A stretch of DNA of 64,000 nt from Rubripirellula sp. GTDB taxonomy: Bacteria > Planctomycetota > Planctomycetia > Pirellulales > Pirellulaceae. Of the stretch, positions 40,432 through 52,200 are shown in pieces. The DNA is taken from assembly GCA_965216875.1 (NCBI GenBank), contig OZ244207.1, forward strand, positions 8,192,001 to 8,256,000, written 5' to 3'. Within the stretch, counting starts at the first letter, position 1. Each line of letters starts with the position of its first letter. The position numbers were made by a program, and so were the translations under genes. Below the pieces are notes generated by a model. The model did no database searches. It was given only the letters and a program-made list of their open reading frames with translations, and was not told where the DNA came from.

Positions 40432-41568
40432 TCACTCAGGTAGGAGTTCTTTGCGTGACCGTTTTGAGATCGGGCCGCAGAGGACCAACAGCAAAGCAGC
40501 GAGCGCGCCGATTCCACCAACGGTTAGCAATACCGGCACGATGCCCCGGCGTCGACGCTGCGGTTGGGGTGTCTTCACTTCGGGATCACTGCGATAGGTT
40601 TTGTTGTACATCTGGTCCACGGCGGCACCCTCGGCGATCCACCGTTTTTCGTTGGTCGCCAACTCGTCATACCAAACGCTGGCATCTTTCAATTCAGCCT
40701 GCAACTTTTTCTCGACGAACAACACGCTGATGGATTTGGTCGAACCTGACTTGGCGACCTGCAGCGCAAGTGCCTTTTTGGCGTGCGACTGATAGCCTGC
40801 CTTAGCTTCGTCGTCTTCGACTTGGTAGGAAGCGATCAAAAAGCAACGGGCCGCCATGCGTTTGGCATCGACTTCGGGGTCATGGCTCGACAGCAAGAGT
40901 TGGCCCAGTACTTCTAGCAAAATCGGATGATCATGTTTCGAAAAACGCATCATGCCCGTGACACCCTTGATCGCTGCGTCGCGTTGATCATCACTGATCG
41001 CGTCCTGGTCTGATCGTGCGGCGATGAATCTTGGAAAGCTGTCCGCCGTCATGACACCGCGGGCGAGCGGCAGCTTCAGTTCACCGTCTTGCTTGAGTGT
41101 CAGGATGTATTCGACCAACATCTTTTGATACTTCTCGCGTCCGAAGTGAGCATCGGGGTTCACTTCGAGTGCCTTGTCGATGTAGACCAAGCCCTCATCG
41201 TGCTGGCCAGCGTGGATCAAGAAGGTGCCGAGATTGGCCAGCGATTCATAGCGGTTCGGCGTTCGCTCAAGCTGCTCGTTGGCAATCTCGATCGCTTCTT
41301 CGAAACGTTGCAACTTTTCATACGAGACAGCGACATCGTCCAGCAGTCGGTCGTCCGTTGGATTGGCTTTGAGTTTCTCGAGTCGGTCCTCGAGCCGCCA
41401 TTGGTAATAGTCGCTCGAGTGGCGGAGGAACTTGCCCGTAATCAGCTCGAGGATGTTTGGGAACTTCTCGCGTTCTTGGGCCAGTGTTTCCGAATCCCAA
41501 AGGCAGGCAAACAGTCGACCGTTGGTGACCACCACAAACAGGCAAACGAAAAGAAGAGTGTTTCGCAC
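40432..41568 (-). CDS. TPR-containing protein with signal peptide and C-terminal TM anchor
   Basis: TPR-like ANLGTFLIHAG..ALEVNPDAHFGRE; start moved to the GTG at 41568. Confidence 0.65.
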   Translation of the reverse strand: MRNTLLFVCLFVVVTNGRLFACLWDSETLAQEREKFPNILELITGKFLRHSSDYYQWRLEDRLEKLKANPTDDRLLDDVAVSYEKLQRFEEAIEIANEQLERTPNRYESLANLGTFLIHAGQHDEGLVYIDKALEVNPDAHFGREKYQKMLVEYILTLKQDGELKLPLARGVMTADSFPRFIAARSDQDAISDDQRDAAIKGVTGMMRFSKHDHPILLEVLGQLLLSSHDPEVDAKRMAARCFLIASYQVEDDEAKAGYQSHAKKALALQVAKSGSTKSISVLFVEKKLQAELKDASVWYDELATNEKRWIAEGAAVDQMYNKTYRSDPEVKTPQPQRRRRGIVPVLLTVGGIGALAALLLVLCGPISKRSRKELLPE

Positions 41569-41753
41569 GTTTGGACCGGCAATGACAGGAAGTGAATGGC
41601 CACCGGCAAACTTGGTCGCCGCCGGATGACCTCTTTCGAAGTCGAGCTCAACGTGTATTGTAACCATCCGAGGTGTCGCAGCGCCAGCTCACGTTGCTTG
41701 GTAAAAACACGCCGGTTACCCCGTTCGATTTCACCGCATTCCGCGAATTCATC

Positions 41754-42197
41754 ATGTTTTTTATCGATGTACTGTCACGAGTCGTACACGTTGGGACTGC
41801 CATCACGTTGGTGGGCGGAAGCCTGTTCATGTTGCTCGTGCTGATGCCATCCGCAAAAGAGCTCGATGAATCACCACACAAACAGCTCGCCGCTGCTGTG
41901 GGTGGGCGTTGGAAGCGATTCGTTCACCTCGGCATCCTGTTGTTTCTCATCAGCGGGTTTTACAACTACTTTCGCGCGATGCCCAAGCACGAGGGCGATT
42001 CGCTTTACCACGCGTTGGTCGGTACCAAGATCTTGATCGCGATGGTTGTTTTCTTCTTCGCATCAGCCTTGGTTGGCCGCAGCGCCAAGTTCGAAGGAAT
42101 TCGGGCCAATCGCAGCAAGTGGCTCTCGATCACGGTTGTGTTGGCAATGATCGTGGTGTGTATCTCAGGCTTCGTCAAAATCCGAGGCCTACCCTAG
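41754..42197 (+). CDS. Four-TM membrane protein (CopD/DUF4149-like)
   Basis: SRVVHV..VGG, LISGFYN, YHALVGTK; four hydrophobic helices. Confidence 0.55.
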   Translation: MFFIDVLSRVVHVGTAITLVGGSLFMLLVLMPSAKELDESPHKQLAAAVGGRWKRFVHLGILLFLISGFYNYFRAMPKHEGDSLYHALVGTKILIAMVVFFFASALVGRSAKFEGIRANRSKWLSITVVLAMIVVCISGFVKIRGLP

Positions 42198-42202
42198 GTC
42201 AT

Positions 42203-43246
42203 CTAAGCGGCAAGTGCGTTGTTGAATTTGGGATGGAGCGGTTTCTTTAACAACTCGCAGATGTCACGCAGCGTGTTGCGCCAACTTTCAGCCCCAGCCG
42301 AATCGCCCAGCTCTGAATAGAGTTTGATCAGCTCGAGAGCTCCGCAAGCCACTTCCCACGTGTAGAGTTCACGATCTCGGTCGCGTTGTTGTTCCAACAG
42401 CACGTCGATCGCCTTGTCCTTACGCCCGGAGGCCAACCAATAGTCCGAGAGAGCCTCGTAGGTTCGATCGGTCAAGGTTTCGCCCATTGGTTTTACCGCA
42501 GCTCGATAAGCGCGCTCGGCACCCGATTGATCGCCCAATCGAGCCAATGCGCTGGCTCGAATCGCATGTAAAGCGCGGTCACACTGCAGGTCTTCCGGCG
42601 CGTTTGACAATCCGAGGTCAGCAAATCGAAGCTGCAACTCATAGTTGGCGTCGAGATGTTCAATAAACGCCATCCGTGCGTATTGCCAGCAGATGTAAAA
42701 ACTCGATGCCCCGCTGCAGGCTTCGGCTGCGACGAATCTGCGGTCCATGTATTCGCGGGCCAACTTGAGGTCGCCCAAATCGAGATACATTTCGCTCATC
42801 GTCGAGAGATAGATGCAGCTATGATCTGATTTTGGCTCGCAGATCCGGTCCAAGTACTCGTAGCTCGCGATGACTTCATTTTGGTATCCGTGCGGATCGC
42901 GACTTGCCATTCGCGAAGCGAGTACGTTGTTCGACATGATGCCAACAGGCATGTGAGCGTATTTGGGATCACGTGCCAAAATCGCATTCTTGACGAGCAA
43001 TGTGTTCGCTTCGGCTGCGCGGCCGATGTCCTCGAGCGATTGTGCGAGGAAGTGCCTGATCCACAGTCCGAATTCGTCCTCACCCGCCAGTTGCAGCGAT
43101 TGCTCGTAGTACTGGACACTCTCTCGCGCGTTGCCGTGATGGAAACCACGCGCGAAGACTGTGAACATCTGCTCGACGACGTGGGGGCAATCGGGGGCGT
43201 TTCGTCGGCGATCACAGTATTCCTCATACCAGTCCAAAACGTTCAT
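42203..43246 (-). CDS. Helical-repeat (TPR-like) protein coupled to an HSP90 paralog
   Basis: Repeated LG(D)..A helical units; ATGA overlap with the upstream gene. Confidence 0.55.
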   Translation of the reverse strand: MNVLDWYEEYCDRRRNAPDCPHVVEQMFTVFARGFHHGNARESVQYYEQSLQLAGEDEFGLWIRHFLAQSLEDIGRAAEANTLLVKNAILARDPKYAHMPVGIMSNNVLASRMASRDPHGYQNEVIASYEYLDRICEPKSDHSCIYLSTMSEMYLDLGDLKLAREYMDRRFVAAEACSGASSFYICWQYARMAFIEHLDANYELQLRFADLGLSNAPEDLQCDRALHAIRASALARLGDQSGAERAYRAAVKPMGETLTDRTYEALSDYWLASGRKDKAIDVLLEQQRDRDRELYTWEVACGALELIKLYSELGDSAGAESWRNTLRDICELLKKPLHPKFNNALAA

Positions 43247-45072
43247 GGTTGAATCAGTTGAGTCAATGCTTGGTTGAGCGTTTTGAGAGAGTCGACTCCT
43301 TCTTTCGTGTCGAGCTTGGCTTGGCACAGCAAACGAGTCATGTGCACGAGCAAGTTCATCGGCGCATCCTCGAGCTTGCCAGACTCGGCGAGTTCGTTGA
43401 ACTGTTGGATCAATGGCGACGCCGTATTGAGATAGAAGATGCCATCGAGATCAGGAATGGTCGATTCTTTTTGGCTAACCCAGTCGGGCAATATGTCGGC
43501 GATTCCGGGCATCAACGCATCGTCCTCGATCGCTCGCTTTGCGTTTCGCAGCACTTCCGCTTCGGGCGGGTAGCTAACCACGGCACAAAGCTGCGATGGC
43601 TCGAACGAAGCGGTCACAAACCGCTCCTGCAATTCAAGCTGCCCAAATCGATCCAACAAGGCTTGGTACCGTGTACTTGGTGATCGCTTGACCAACGAAT
43701 CCATCACGCTGTCACACGAAACCAATTTGGCTTGTGGATTGTGTTGAGCATATCGATGTAAAAAGGGTTGCACGCCAAACCAGCTTGCGTCGATCACTGG
43801 CGCAGGGTGGGCATTGGCAAGTAGGCGTTCGGCGGGAGAAACGATTGATTGGGAGCGGAAGTATATTTCGCTTGAGCCGCTCAGGCATTGATCGATCGTT
43901 TTTCGTCCCTGCGAGGTTTCAAGTTCAATACTGTCGACAAGCCTTTCAAACAAACTGTCGTCGCTCGACACCCAGCCCACGATCAAGTCAGTGTGTGAGC
44001 GTACGATCTCGTTCCATAGTTCGGGCTTGCTAGTCGAGAGCTCTTCAAGCGTCTTGAGTAACTGTTCTTCGACAGCTTGGGAAACGAGTTCGAAGCCTTC
44101 GTCTTCGTGAATGCTCTCGCGCGAGGCGGTCGGTTGCAGCATCGGACTGCTGACATACGCGCGGACAAATTTCGCCCAGTTCGGCAGCAACGTCCGATGA
44201 TTGCTGCAAATGAACATGTTACGGATGTAGATCGATGCGTCACCGAACTCCTGCAGCGACGCGATGGAGCGTTGTGGAACGTAGAACGCCCCCGACAAAG
44301 GCACTTTGATCGAGTCTAAGTTCAACTGGATGGTCCAATCCCGAAGCGGGAGAACGCAGAGTGGTTTCTGAATCGATCGAGACTCCAAGAAATCGTTCAT
44401 CTCTCGGTCAAATTCGTCGGCCTCCCAAGGTGCTTGGCCGCGATTGGCGGGAACCGATTGCCCTTCGAGATAGATCGGGTGCGGAAGCAGATCGCAGTAT
44501 TCCGTGATCAGGTCACCAAGGACACGCTCGTTGAGTAGATGACGCATCGCGGGTTTGCAAAACAAGCGGATCCGCGTGCCGACGGTGTCGCGACTGCCCG
44601 GTTCCATTTCATACGAGCCGTCGCCGCGGCTGCGCCAGCGAACCGGTTTTCCATCAGGCTTGCCGCTGAGCGTTTCAAGTTCGACCGATTCGGCGACCAA
44701 GAACGCACTGAGGAACCCGAGTCCAAACTGGCCAATCAGCTGATCGAGTTCGCGGCTTTCCCCAAACGCATCCGATTCGCGAAGGTGCCGCGTGTAGCCG
44801 CTGCCAATGGTCGTGAGGTACTCGACAATCTCGTTCTCGGTGAGGCCGGAGCCGTTATCTTCGATCTCAAGCAGGTGAAGCGAGGCATCGATTCGCACAT
44901 CGATTCGCGGTTCGTACACCTGGCCTTCGCTTTCGATTTGTCGCCGCGAGCAGGAGTCGTGGGCGTTTTGAAGCAGTTCACGGACGCCCACGCGGCGATC
45001 CGCGTAAAGATGCTCGGCGAGAACCTGAAGCAAACCGGGGAGGTGAAGTTTGAAATCGTTTTCCGTGCTCAT
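43243..45072 (-). CDS. HSP90/HtpG-family GHKL ATPase (divergent paralog)
   Basis: RELLQNAHD, EDNGSG, IGQFGLGFLSAFLVA, GTRI, LLPNWAKFV, SRESI. Confidence 0.88.
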   Translation of the reverse strand: MSTENDFKLHLPGLLQVLAEHLYADRRVGVRELLQNAHDSCSRRQIESEGQVYEPRIDVRIDASLHLLEIEDNGSGLTENEIVEYLTTIGSGYTRHLRESDAFGESRELDQLIGQFGLGFLSAFLVAESVELETLSGKPDGKPVRWRSRGDGSYEMEPGSRDTVGTRIRLFCKPAMRHLLNERVLGDLITEYCDLLPHPIYLEGQSVPANRGQAPWEADEFDREMNDFLESRSIQKPLCVLPLRDWTIQLNLDSIKVPLSGAFYVPQRSIASLQEFGDASIYIRNMFICSNHRTLLPNWAKFVRAYVSSPMLQPTASRESIHEDEGFELVSQAVEEQLLKTLEELSTSKPELWNEIVRSHTDLIVGWVSSDDSLFERLVDSIELETSQGRKTIDQCLSGSSEIYFRSQSIVSPAERLLANAHPAPVIDASWFGVQPFLHRYAQHNPQAKLVSCDSVMDSLVKRSPSTRYQALLDRFGQLELQERFVTASFEPSQLCAVVSYPPEAEVLRNAKRAIEDDALMPGIADILPDWVSQKESTIPDLDGIFYLNTASPLIQQFNELAESGKLEDAPMNLLVHMTRLLCQAKLDTKEGVDSLKTLNQALTQLIQP

Positions 45073-45263
45073 AAGCCCAGAGTTAGCAAAAAGGTACGAT
45101 TTGCGATTCGAAGTTCATTGGAAGTGATCAGTCAGCACAGGCAAGACAAGACCGAGACCAAACGCGTTCGGGGCTGCCAACGTAAAGGCTTGCCTCTGCG
45201 ACTCGCTCCGGCATCGCGAAAGGAGCAGGCCGCCACCATCGAAGCTACAAGAATGAGTGCAAG

Positions 45264-45770
45264 CTACTTACGAGTGTCGATCACGATGGTGCCCGATAGC
45301 GTGTCATGCCAACCCGTTCGATTGTCGCCGAAGAGAAACGAAAACGGCTCAAAGGGGATCATCCGCGCGGCACTGCGTCCGAAAACTTGACCGAAGCTTG
45401 GTTTGCCACCTTCCGAGTTTGCCACCTTGGTGCCCGTGATGAACTTGGCGATGGTGCGGCCGCAAATGGCTTCAAAGAAAACATAGTAGAAGAGGTACAT
45501 CGAAATCCCGATCAAGCCACCAACAAGATTCAGCATCGTTTCGGTTTCGGGTGTGATTTCGCCGCCACGGGCTGCGACCGACATGCCGTAGGCAATGCCG
45601 ATGCCAAATGCGACCACTGTAATGAAGACACGAACGAGAATGCTGTCGATGATGAAGTTCAGAAACCTCTTGTTCTGTGATGCAACATGGAACGGGCTGG
45701 TTTGAGTCGACGCGTCGAACGTTGGCTCGGAAGGTGTATCGGGCGCTGCGTAGGGGTTGTCGATAGACAT
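45264..45770 (-). CDS. RDD family protein
   Basis: KRFLNFIID, GRTIAK, GWHDTLSGT. Confidence 0.88.
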   Translation of the reverse strand: MSIDNPYAAPDTPSEPTFDASTQTSPFHVASQNKRFLNFIIDSILVRVFITVVAFGIGIAYGMSVAARGGEITPETETMLNLVGGLIGISMYLFYYVFFEAICGRTIAKFITGTKVANSEGGKPSFGQVFGRSAARMIPFEPFSFLFGDNRTGWHDTLSGTIVIDTRK

Positions 45771-45919
45771 TTAATGACTCCGGGATAAGGAACGGGCGCC
45801 GCAATGCACCTGAGTGGGGGACTGCGCACCCCGTGGGGATTATGTCATATCCGACGTGCCGAAACAGCACTGCGGGGATCAAAAACGGTGCCGCAGGAAA
45901 GCCGATTCGCAAACCCGAT

Positions 45920-46954
45920 CTACTCGTGCGCGTGGCGGTCCAGTTTCAAACGCTCGATCGAATCCAGCTCGGGGGCACCGCCACGATTCCCACTGCCTGA
46001 TGCGGTGTAGAGATAGCCGTCAATCACCGCCAACCCGCTCCCGTGCCGACCTCGATTGAGTGACGGCCAGGTTGACCAGGTTTTGGCGACTGGATCGTAG
46101 GCTTCAACTTCGCTATGGGCCGTCTTGCGATTGCCGCTTTCGCCGCCCACGACAACCAGCTTTCCATCCAAGTCAATCGACATCGATCCCGCGCGCTGGG
46201 TCGGTAGCTTGGGAGACGCTTCATCGGTGAGCCAACGTTCCGTTTCAAAATCGAAAACGTCGATGTCATCGATCGTCAAACTAAAGACCTCGCCGGTCTT
46301 GTGCGACGTGCGGCGTCCGCCGGCCGCGTAAAGTTTGTTGTCGATGACAACGGCTTGAAAGTGGTCACGTGCGTTTGGTGCGTCTTCCAGAACATCCCAT
46401 GCGCCTGTTTTCGGGTCGTACACATCGAACCAGTTCTGGCAACCATCCATGTGACCGTTTGTGATACCGCCGATCAAATAGATCTTTCCGTTGTGGTAGA
46501 CCGCGCCGGCGCCACCGCGGCGACGTTGCTCGGGAATGGAATGAACGAACTCGAAGGTATCCGTCTTCGGATGATAAACGACAATCTTCTCAAGTGGTGT
46601 TTCGGTCGGGAAACGTCCCGTCATCGCGCCCATCAAATAGATCTTGTCACCGACCACAACGCCTTGGAAGTGATGCAGTTCAAGAGGCGTCGGGCTCTTT
46701 GATGTCCACGCATTGGTTTGTGGGTCGAAGACGTCGACTGGGTTGATGCGTCTGCCACCGAGCAGAAAGAGTTTGCCTTCGAACCCCACCAAAGCGGCCT
46801 CGTGACGTGCGGTGGGCTCGCCCTTGCACTCGACTGTTTTCCACTGCCAAGCGTTCTCGTGTGCATGCTCGTCACCGGTGGCGTCGAACGAAATAAGGCT
46901 CAGATGAGATGCGAAAAGACAGCAAGTGAGCAAGTATGTGGAGCAGCGTTTCAT
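45920..46954 (-). CDS. Secreted Kelch-repeat protein
   Basis: Six Kelch blades with GG..YDP..W pattern; signal peptide. Confidence 0.88.
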   Translation of the reverse strand: MKRCSTYLLTCCLFASHLSLISFDATGDEHAHENAWQWKTVECKGEPTARHEAALVGFEGKLFLLGGRRINPVDVFDPQTNAWTSKSPTPLELHHFQGVVVGDKIYLMGAMTGRFPTETPLEKIVVYHPKTDTFEFVHSIPEQRRRGGAGAVYHNGKIYLIGGITNGHMDGCQNWFDVYDPKTGAWDVLEDAPNARDHFQAVVIDNKLYAAGGRRTSHKTGEVFSLTIDDIDVFDFETERWLTDEASPKLPTQRAGSMSIDLDGKLVVVGGESGNRKTAHSEVEAYDPVAKTWSTWPSLNRGRHGSGLAVIDGYLYTASGSGNRGGAPELDSIERLKLDRHAHE

Positions 46955-47226
46955 CGATCGATGACTTGAGAAAAGGAGGAGGAAGCTGAGCAGACGTCCC
47001 TATTTGAATCGGCGGCGCTACGTTTGAACACTCCCGACGTCAGACGAGTGAGGAAACAACGCAGGCGATCGCAGGGACCACGGATTGGACGAACCACACG
47101 GATTGGCGGATCTGCCGGTCAGCTTCATCGGGCTCACCGTTCCCGTTAGGATTTGTGCTTCACAGAATCAATCGAGCAAGTTCCGCATCGTCGTATGCAT
47201 GCGGGCCTCATCGCCGCCTCTTTGAG

Positions 47227-48447
47227 ATGTCCAAACACGCCATGTCCACGGACTCCGTCACTCTTTATCCCCAGTACTCCGAACCGTTGACGATCGAACA
47301 GATTGAGCAACTCGCCGAGGGTGCAGAAGTTCACGTGGCCGATGATGGTGCGGTCACGATTGCGTGGGATGATGTTTCCATCGAGCTCCGCTTCTTTCCG
47401 CAGGGCGATGTGCTTGTCGATGATCTGGCTGAATTTCGAAAGTTCGTCCGTGATCGCTCGGGATCAGATGATGAGGCTTCAGGATTGATCGAGGAGATCA
47501 ATCGAACCGAAATGCTGGTTGATTGTGAGGTCTCGCCTGGTTTCGACCAAGACAACAAGGCAAAGAGTTTTGTCGTCTCGATGGCCGTCTCCTTCGAACG
47601 CTGTTTGCTGCTTTGCGACGGAGCGGTGTTCTCGCCCTTTGGCGAACTCTGGTTTGGGCCGCACGGCACGGAGCCTTTCGGAAATCTTGAGGACCTGCGC
47701 GTTCGGAAGCTACCGCTGGTCGATTTTCCAACAATGTCGGATGACCAAAAGGAACGCTTCGAGCGGGTTGGCAAAAAGCTTGAAACACGCGGTGTGCCGG
47801 AGTTGATGAAACGCAGCTGGGTTCCCGATGCTGGGCAGGTCGAGCTTAGGAGCCCAGAGGAAATCGCGCAGCGCGCGTTTGCATTGCATGCGGTCATCTG
47901 TATTGCACGGGGCCGACCGCGCGAGGAAGCGATGCAGGAGCTTCGAGAAGCGGGGGCCGAAACATGGCTAACCCCTTTGGAAGCCGAGTTTCTTGCGATT
48001 GAAGATCCGAGCGAAGAACAACGGGGCGGCATGATCTGGAAGCTCGAGGCTCTTTGGACCTTGATGTGGGCTCTCCATCACATCGAAGCGTTTTCATGGC
48101 CAAACGACATGTGCGATGTCGACGGGTTGCATGAACTGGTGTTTGAAAAGGCAAAGGACGCCGCTCTCTTTGTCTCGCAGGCCCAGTGCCGGACAAAAGA
48201 GTGTTTGCTCGACACGACGCAACTGGTGGTTCAGCTGCAAGCGGTCCTCCGGTCGGCGATGATCGACGAGGAGCCGATTCCATCGAACCTTGATTGGAAT
48301 CATCCTGCCGAAAGCGTTTTGGTGTACGAGTGCCCCGCCCACGCCGTGGTGACGGAGCGTCACTTGGCTTTGAATTGGTTGATCCGGCATGGCGACGCGG
48401 ACTGGGACGATGTGGATGTCCCGACGGTGCCGTTCGCAGTGGAGTGA
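47227..48447 (+). CDS. DUF4272-domain protein with additional N-terminal domain
   Basis: LRSPEEIAQRA, LTPLEAEFL, WKLEALWTLMWAL, ERHLALNWL..DWDDV; start uncertain (47227 or 47242). Confidence 0.7.
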   Translation: MSKHAMSTDSVTLYPQYSEPLTIEQIEQLAEGAEVHVADDGAVTIAWDDVSIELRFFPQGDVLVDDLAEFRKFVRDRSGSDDEASGLIEEINRTEMLVDCEVSPGFDQDNKAKSFVVSMAVSFERCLLLCDGAVFSPFGELWFGPHGTEPFGNLEDLRVRKLPLVDFPTMSDDQKERFERVGKKLETRGVPELMKRSWVPDAGQVELRSPEEIAQRAFALHAVICIARGRPREEAMQELREAGAETWLTPLEAEFLAIEDPSEEQRGGMIWKLEALWTLMWALHHIEAFSWPNDMCDVDGLHELVFEKAKDAALFVSQAQCRTKECLLDTTQLVVQLQAVLRSAMIDEEPIPSNLDWNHPAESVLVYECPAHAVVTERHLALNWLIRHGDADWDDVDVPTVPFAVE

Positions 48448-48475
48448 TCGCGATCCACGCTTGCATTCTTTGAAT

Positions 48476-48667
48476 GTCGCCTTTCGCTCCGCGAAAGTAG
48501 CGTGCGCAACCGCAACTTTTGCGGAGCAAAAGGCGACTATGTTGAAGCTGGGCTAACATGCCGGATCTGCGTCGCTGTCGCTCCTTGATCCGGCCTACCT
48601 CTTTATTCGGATGCTCATCCTCGCTGCACGTTGGCACGGGCCCGAGGCCTCACGGCCAGCGGCTCAC
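48476..48667. repeat. Cluster of three REP-like families
   Basis: Inverted pair 48476-48537; 48560-48598 matches 16337/16412 (1 mismatch); 48639-48667 matches 3521-3549. Confidence 0.85.
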
Positions 48668-49250
48668 AGGCTACTCGCTTAGCATGCGTGGGCCTCCCCA
48701 CAAACGAAGAACGGGATTCCCTGGAAGAAATTTTGGAAATCAGGGAATTCTTTAGCCGCCTCGAGTTCAAAATGGAGCTAGTCCCGCAGCGTCTTTTGGG
48801 GGCACCCAAGGGCGATTCAGGAGGAATAAGCGACCGAATTGAGGTTTCGAACCCCCATTCGGGACGGTTTGGAAGGCCGGATTACGCCGAACGAAACGAT
48901 TTTCGGACCGTCGAGGGAACTTTGGAGGGCCCGAAACGTCCGAAACACTGCGTTTCGTTGACACCCTTCGGGGTGCAATTAGAATCGCAAATCGCTCCTT
49001 GTCCATTCAATTTATCTAGTTCCTATACCCCCAAAGCTGGATGGGCCGGTGCCAGCGAATTGGCGAACGAAAGCGTTTCTAATTACCGATGCTAGACATA
49101 CGCCAATAGCCGCAGAGCTCCCATGACACCTAACTTCACTGTCAATCGGAATCTTCGGCGCCACTATCGGAACCAGACTACCGTAGCGACCCGCACCGGC
49201 TCGAAGAGGCACCCCGTCTCTTCGCCGTCGCCCGTTTGTTGAGACCCTCG

Positions 49251-52200
49251 ATGTTCAAACGAAACGAATCGAAACCAGAGTCATCCCGCCGCCGCGATCG
49301 TAAAGATCGAGTGAATAAGAAACGGCGTCTGCTGATGGAGGACTTGGAAGCACGTCGTCTGTTGGCCACTCTGAATCTGCCGACCTACGACGGCCCACGC
49401 AATGTTGGCACCGTCCAAGCGACGCAATTCCTTGAGTCGGAAACGATTTTGGAAGTCGGACGCAATGACGCGTTTGCCAACGCCGATGTCGTTCCGTTGG
49501 GCACTGGCCCTGGGCAAGACAACACCATCGACGTGATTGGTACGTTGCCTTTCCAGCAAACGACCCAATTCCCACCTCGCTTCACGGTCGACCTTGATAC
49601 CTATGCGGTTGATCTGCGAGCTGGTGACATTCTCGACATCTCGGCCCAGGGGGCGGCCGGCGAATACAGTGTGTTCTTCGAGGACGGAACACTTTGGTTT
49701 GGCGTCAACGACAACCAAGCGATTGGTGCCTACCCTGTTGATTCGCCGTTGCAGGATTTTGGTAACGCGGTCTTTGCTCAAACCGTTCCGCGAGATGGCC
49801 GCTACTTCATCACCGTTTCGCCGTTTGACACTTCGAACACTTACACACTTGGTTTGCGAGCCTATCGTCCGTCGATCGAATCGGCTCCGATCGGAACTCG
49901 GCAAATCATCTTTGTCGACTTTGATGGCGGAACCTATCCCCGAGCCATCTTTAACGACTTCGCTCCGACGCCAGGTATCATTCGCTTGCCTTCGTTGCGA
50001 GAGTCGCTGCCACTCCTCGGCATTCAAGCCGTTGACGACGCTTCGTTTAATCGTCTGATCGATTTGACGATGGCCGAAACGGAGCGAATGTTCAATCACC
50101 TCGGTATTAGCGGGACCAATGGTGACTTCAATTCAACGGGCAATCCGGGCGACTTTGGGGTTACGATCCTGAACAGCCGCGATCATGCGGACCCGGGTCT
50201 GAACAATCCGCTGGTCACGCGTGTGATCATCGGTGGTACCGTTGCCGATTCGGAAATCGCCACGATCGGTATCTCATCAACGCTTGACGTTGGTAACTTC
50301 AGCATGGACGACATCGTGATCGGCCTGTTGGACGGTGTGCTTGGCGTTGTTGGGGGTGTCCCATTAGCTCCGACCGCGTCGATCATTGACCAGATGGGTG
50401 ACTTCCTAGCCTTCTTGGTCGCGCACGAAGCAGCCCACTCGTTTGGTATGCGGCACACGGCATCGGCCATGTCGCCTGCACCTTTCCCCGACAATGAAAT
50501 CACCAACATCATTGACGAAGGTCCTGGTGCTGACTTCGGCCAAGTGATCGGTGCGGGGCCTGACGGTATCTTCGGGACGATCGACGACGTCGACGTCAAC
50601 TTTGTTGAAGACCGCTTCTCGTATCGGGAAGGTTTGGTTGGGCAAAATCACACCGATGACAGCCTTTCGCAAACGCTCGCAACCGGTACTCGCGGTGGTG
50701 GGATCACAGGTTTTGTCTTTAACGACAGTAACTCCGATGGCCGCAGCGACAACGATGACGGCATTGCCGGCGTCTCGGTCTTTGCTGACATCAACGGCAA
50801 CGGTGTTCGTGACAGCGACGAGCCTTTCTCGGTCACCGCAGAAGGCGGTATTTACACGCTGATCGCGACTCCTGGCGACTACAACATCGTCGTCAACGTG
50901 CCGCCAAACGTGACTCCCACGACCCCATCGATCGTGCCCGTTTCGGTTTCCGACAACCAACAATCGAGCGTTGTTGTCGACTTTGGTCTGACCTCGATCC
51001 TTGGCGGAACCACCGGTTTTGCCTTCAGCGATAACAACGGAAACGGCACTCGCGAAGCGGGTGAAGTTGGCGTTGCAGGTATCTACCACTACATCGACCT
51101 TGATCGCGACAACCGACCTGACCTTGGTGAACCAAGTGCAGTCAGTGGCGCCGACGGCAGCTACAACATCGACTTCCCAGGTGCAGGTAACTACACGGTC
51201 CGCCAAGTCGTCCCACCTGGATTCACTCAAACCTCACCCGTTTCAGGCGAACACACTTTCCAATTCGATGGTGTTTCGCTGACGCAGAACTACAACTTCG
51301 GCTTGCTCCCATCGCGAGACTTTGGTGACGCTCCCGATACCTATGGCACCACCATCGCCGCCGATGGTGCGAGCCACGGCATCACCGATGGACTCTACAT
51401 CGGACTTGTTGATCCCGATCGTGACAGCGATGGTCAACCAAGCGATGACGCTCGAGGTGACGATGACAACGGACGCATCTTGCAAACAGGTGCGATCGAA
51501 GATGATGAAGACGGCGTCTTCCAGGTCGATCCACTCGGCCCAGGTGCGCGAGCTGAATTCCGCATCACCGTCACCAACACCAGCGGAAGCCCTGGCTACC
51601 TGCAAGGCTTCATGGACTTCAACGATGACGGTGACTTCGAAGATGCTGGCGAACAATTCCTGACCGACATCTTCATCCCCGTCGGAACGCAAGACCGCGT
51701 GCTCGACGCGAGTGACGGAATCTTCGTCGACGTCCCAGCCGATGCGGCAACGGGCTCGGTATACGCTCGCTTCCGATTGGCTCAAGAATCAGGATTGGGA
51801 CCAAAGGGCAGCACGGACACCGGTGAAGTGGAAGATTATCGCTTTACCGTTTTGGACGAAGCCTCGATCGTTGTTGACGACAACTTCTCCGTCTCGCGTA
51901 ACAGCCTCGCCAATCGCCTCGATATTCTCGGCAACGACTTCCAAACCGATGACTTCGAGCTGTTCATCAATGCAACCAGCCAACCGATCGGTGAAGTTGT
52001 CATTGCTCAAGACGAAGGCTCGATCTTCTACACCCCACCAAACGGCTTCACTGGCCGAGACGCGTTCACTTACTCGGTGAAAGATGCTTCTGGCAACGTC
52101 ATCCTTGACGACAACAACCAGCCTTTGGAAGCGTTGGTCATTGTAAATGTCAACTTCCAATCGGCTGTGCCAATCGCTCTGGACGACTCGTTCGAGGTTC

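Noticed and set aside
41754..42197. CopD-like gene as part of a copper system with the MNIO operon
   Set aside because: Opposite strand, about 4 kb away, and the family assignment is weak
48668..49250. Riboswitch or small genes upstream of the giant surface protein
   Set aside because: No c-di-GMP, cobalamin, TPP or SAM consensus recognisable by eye and the ORFs lack motifs; an Rfam scan would be needed
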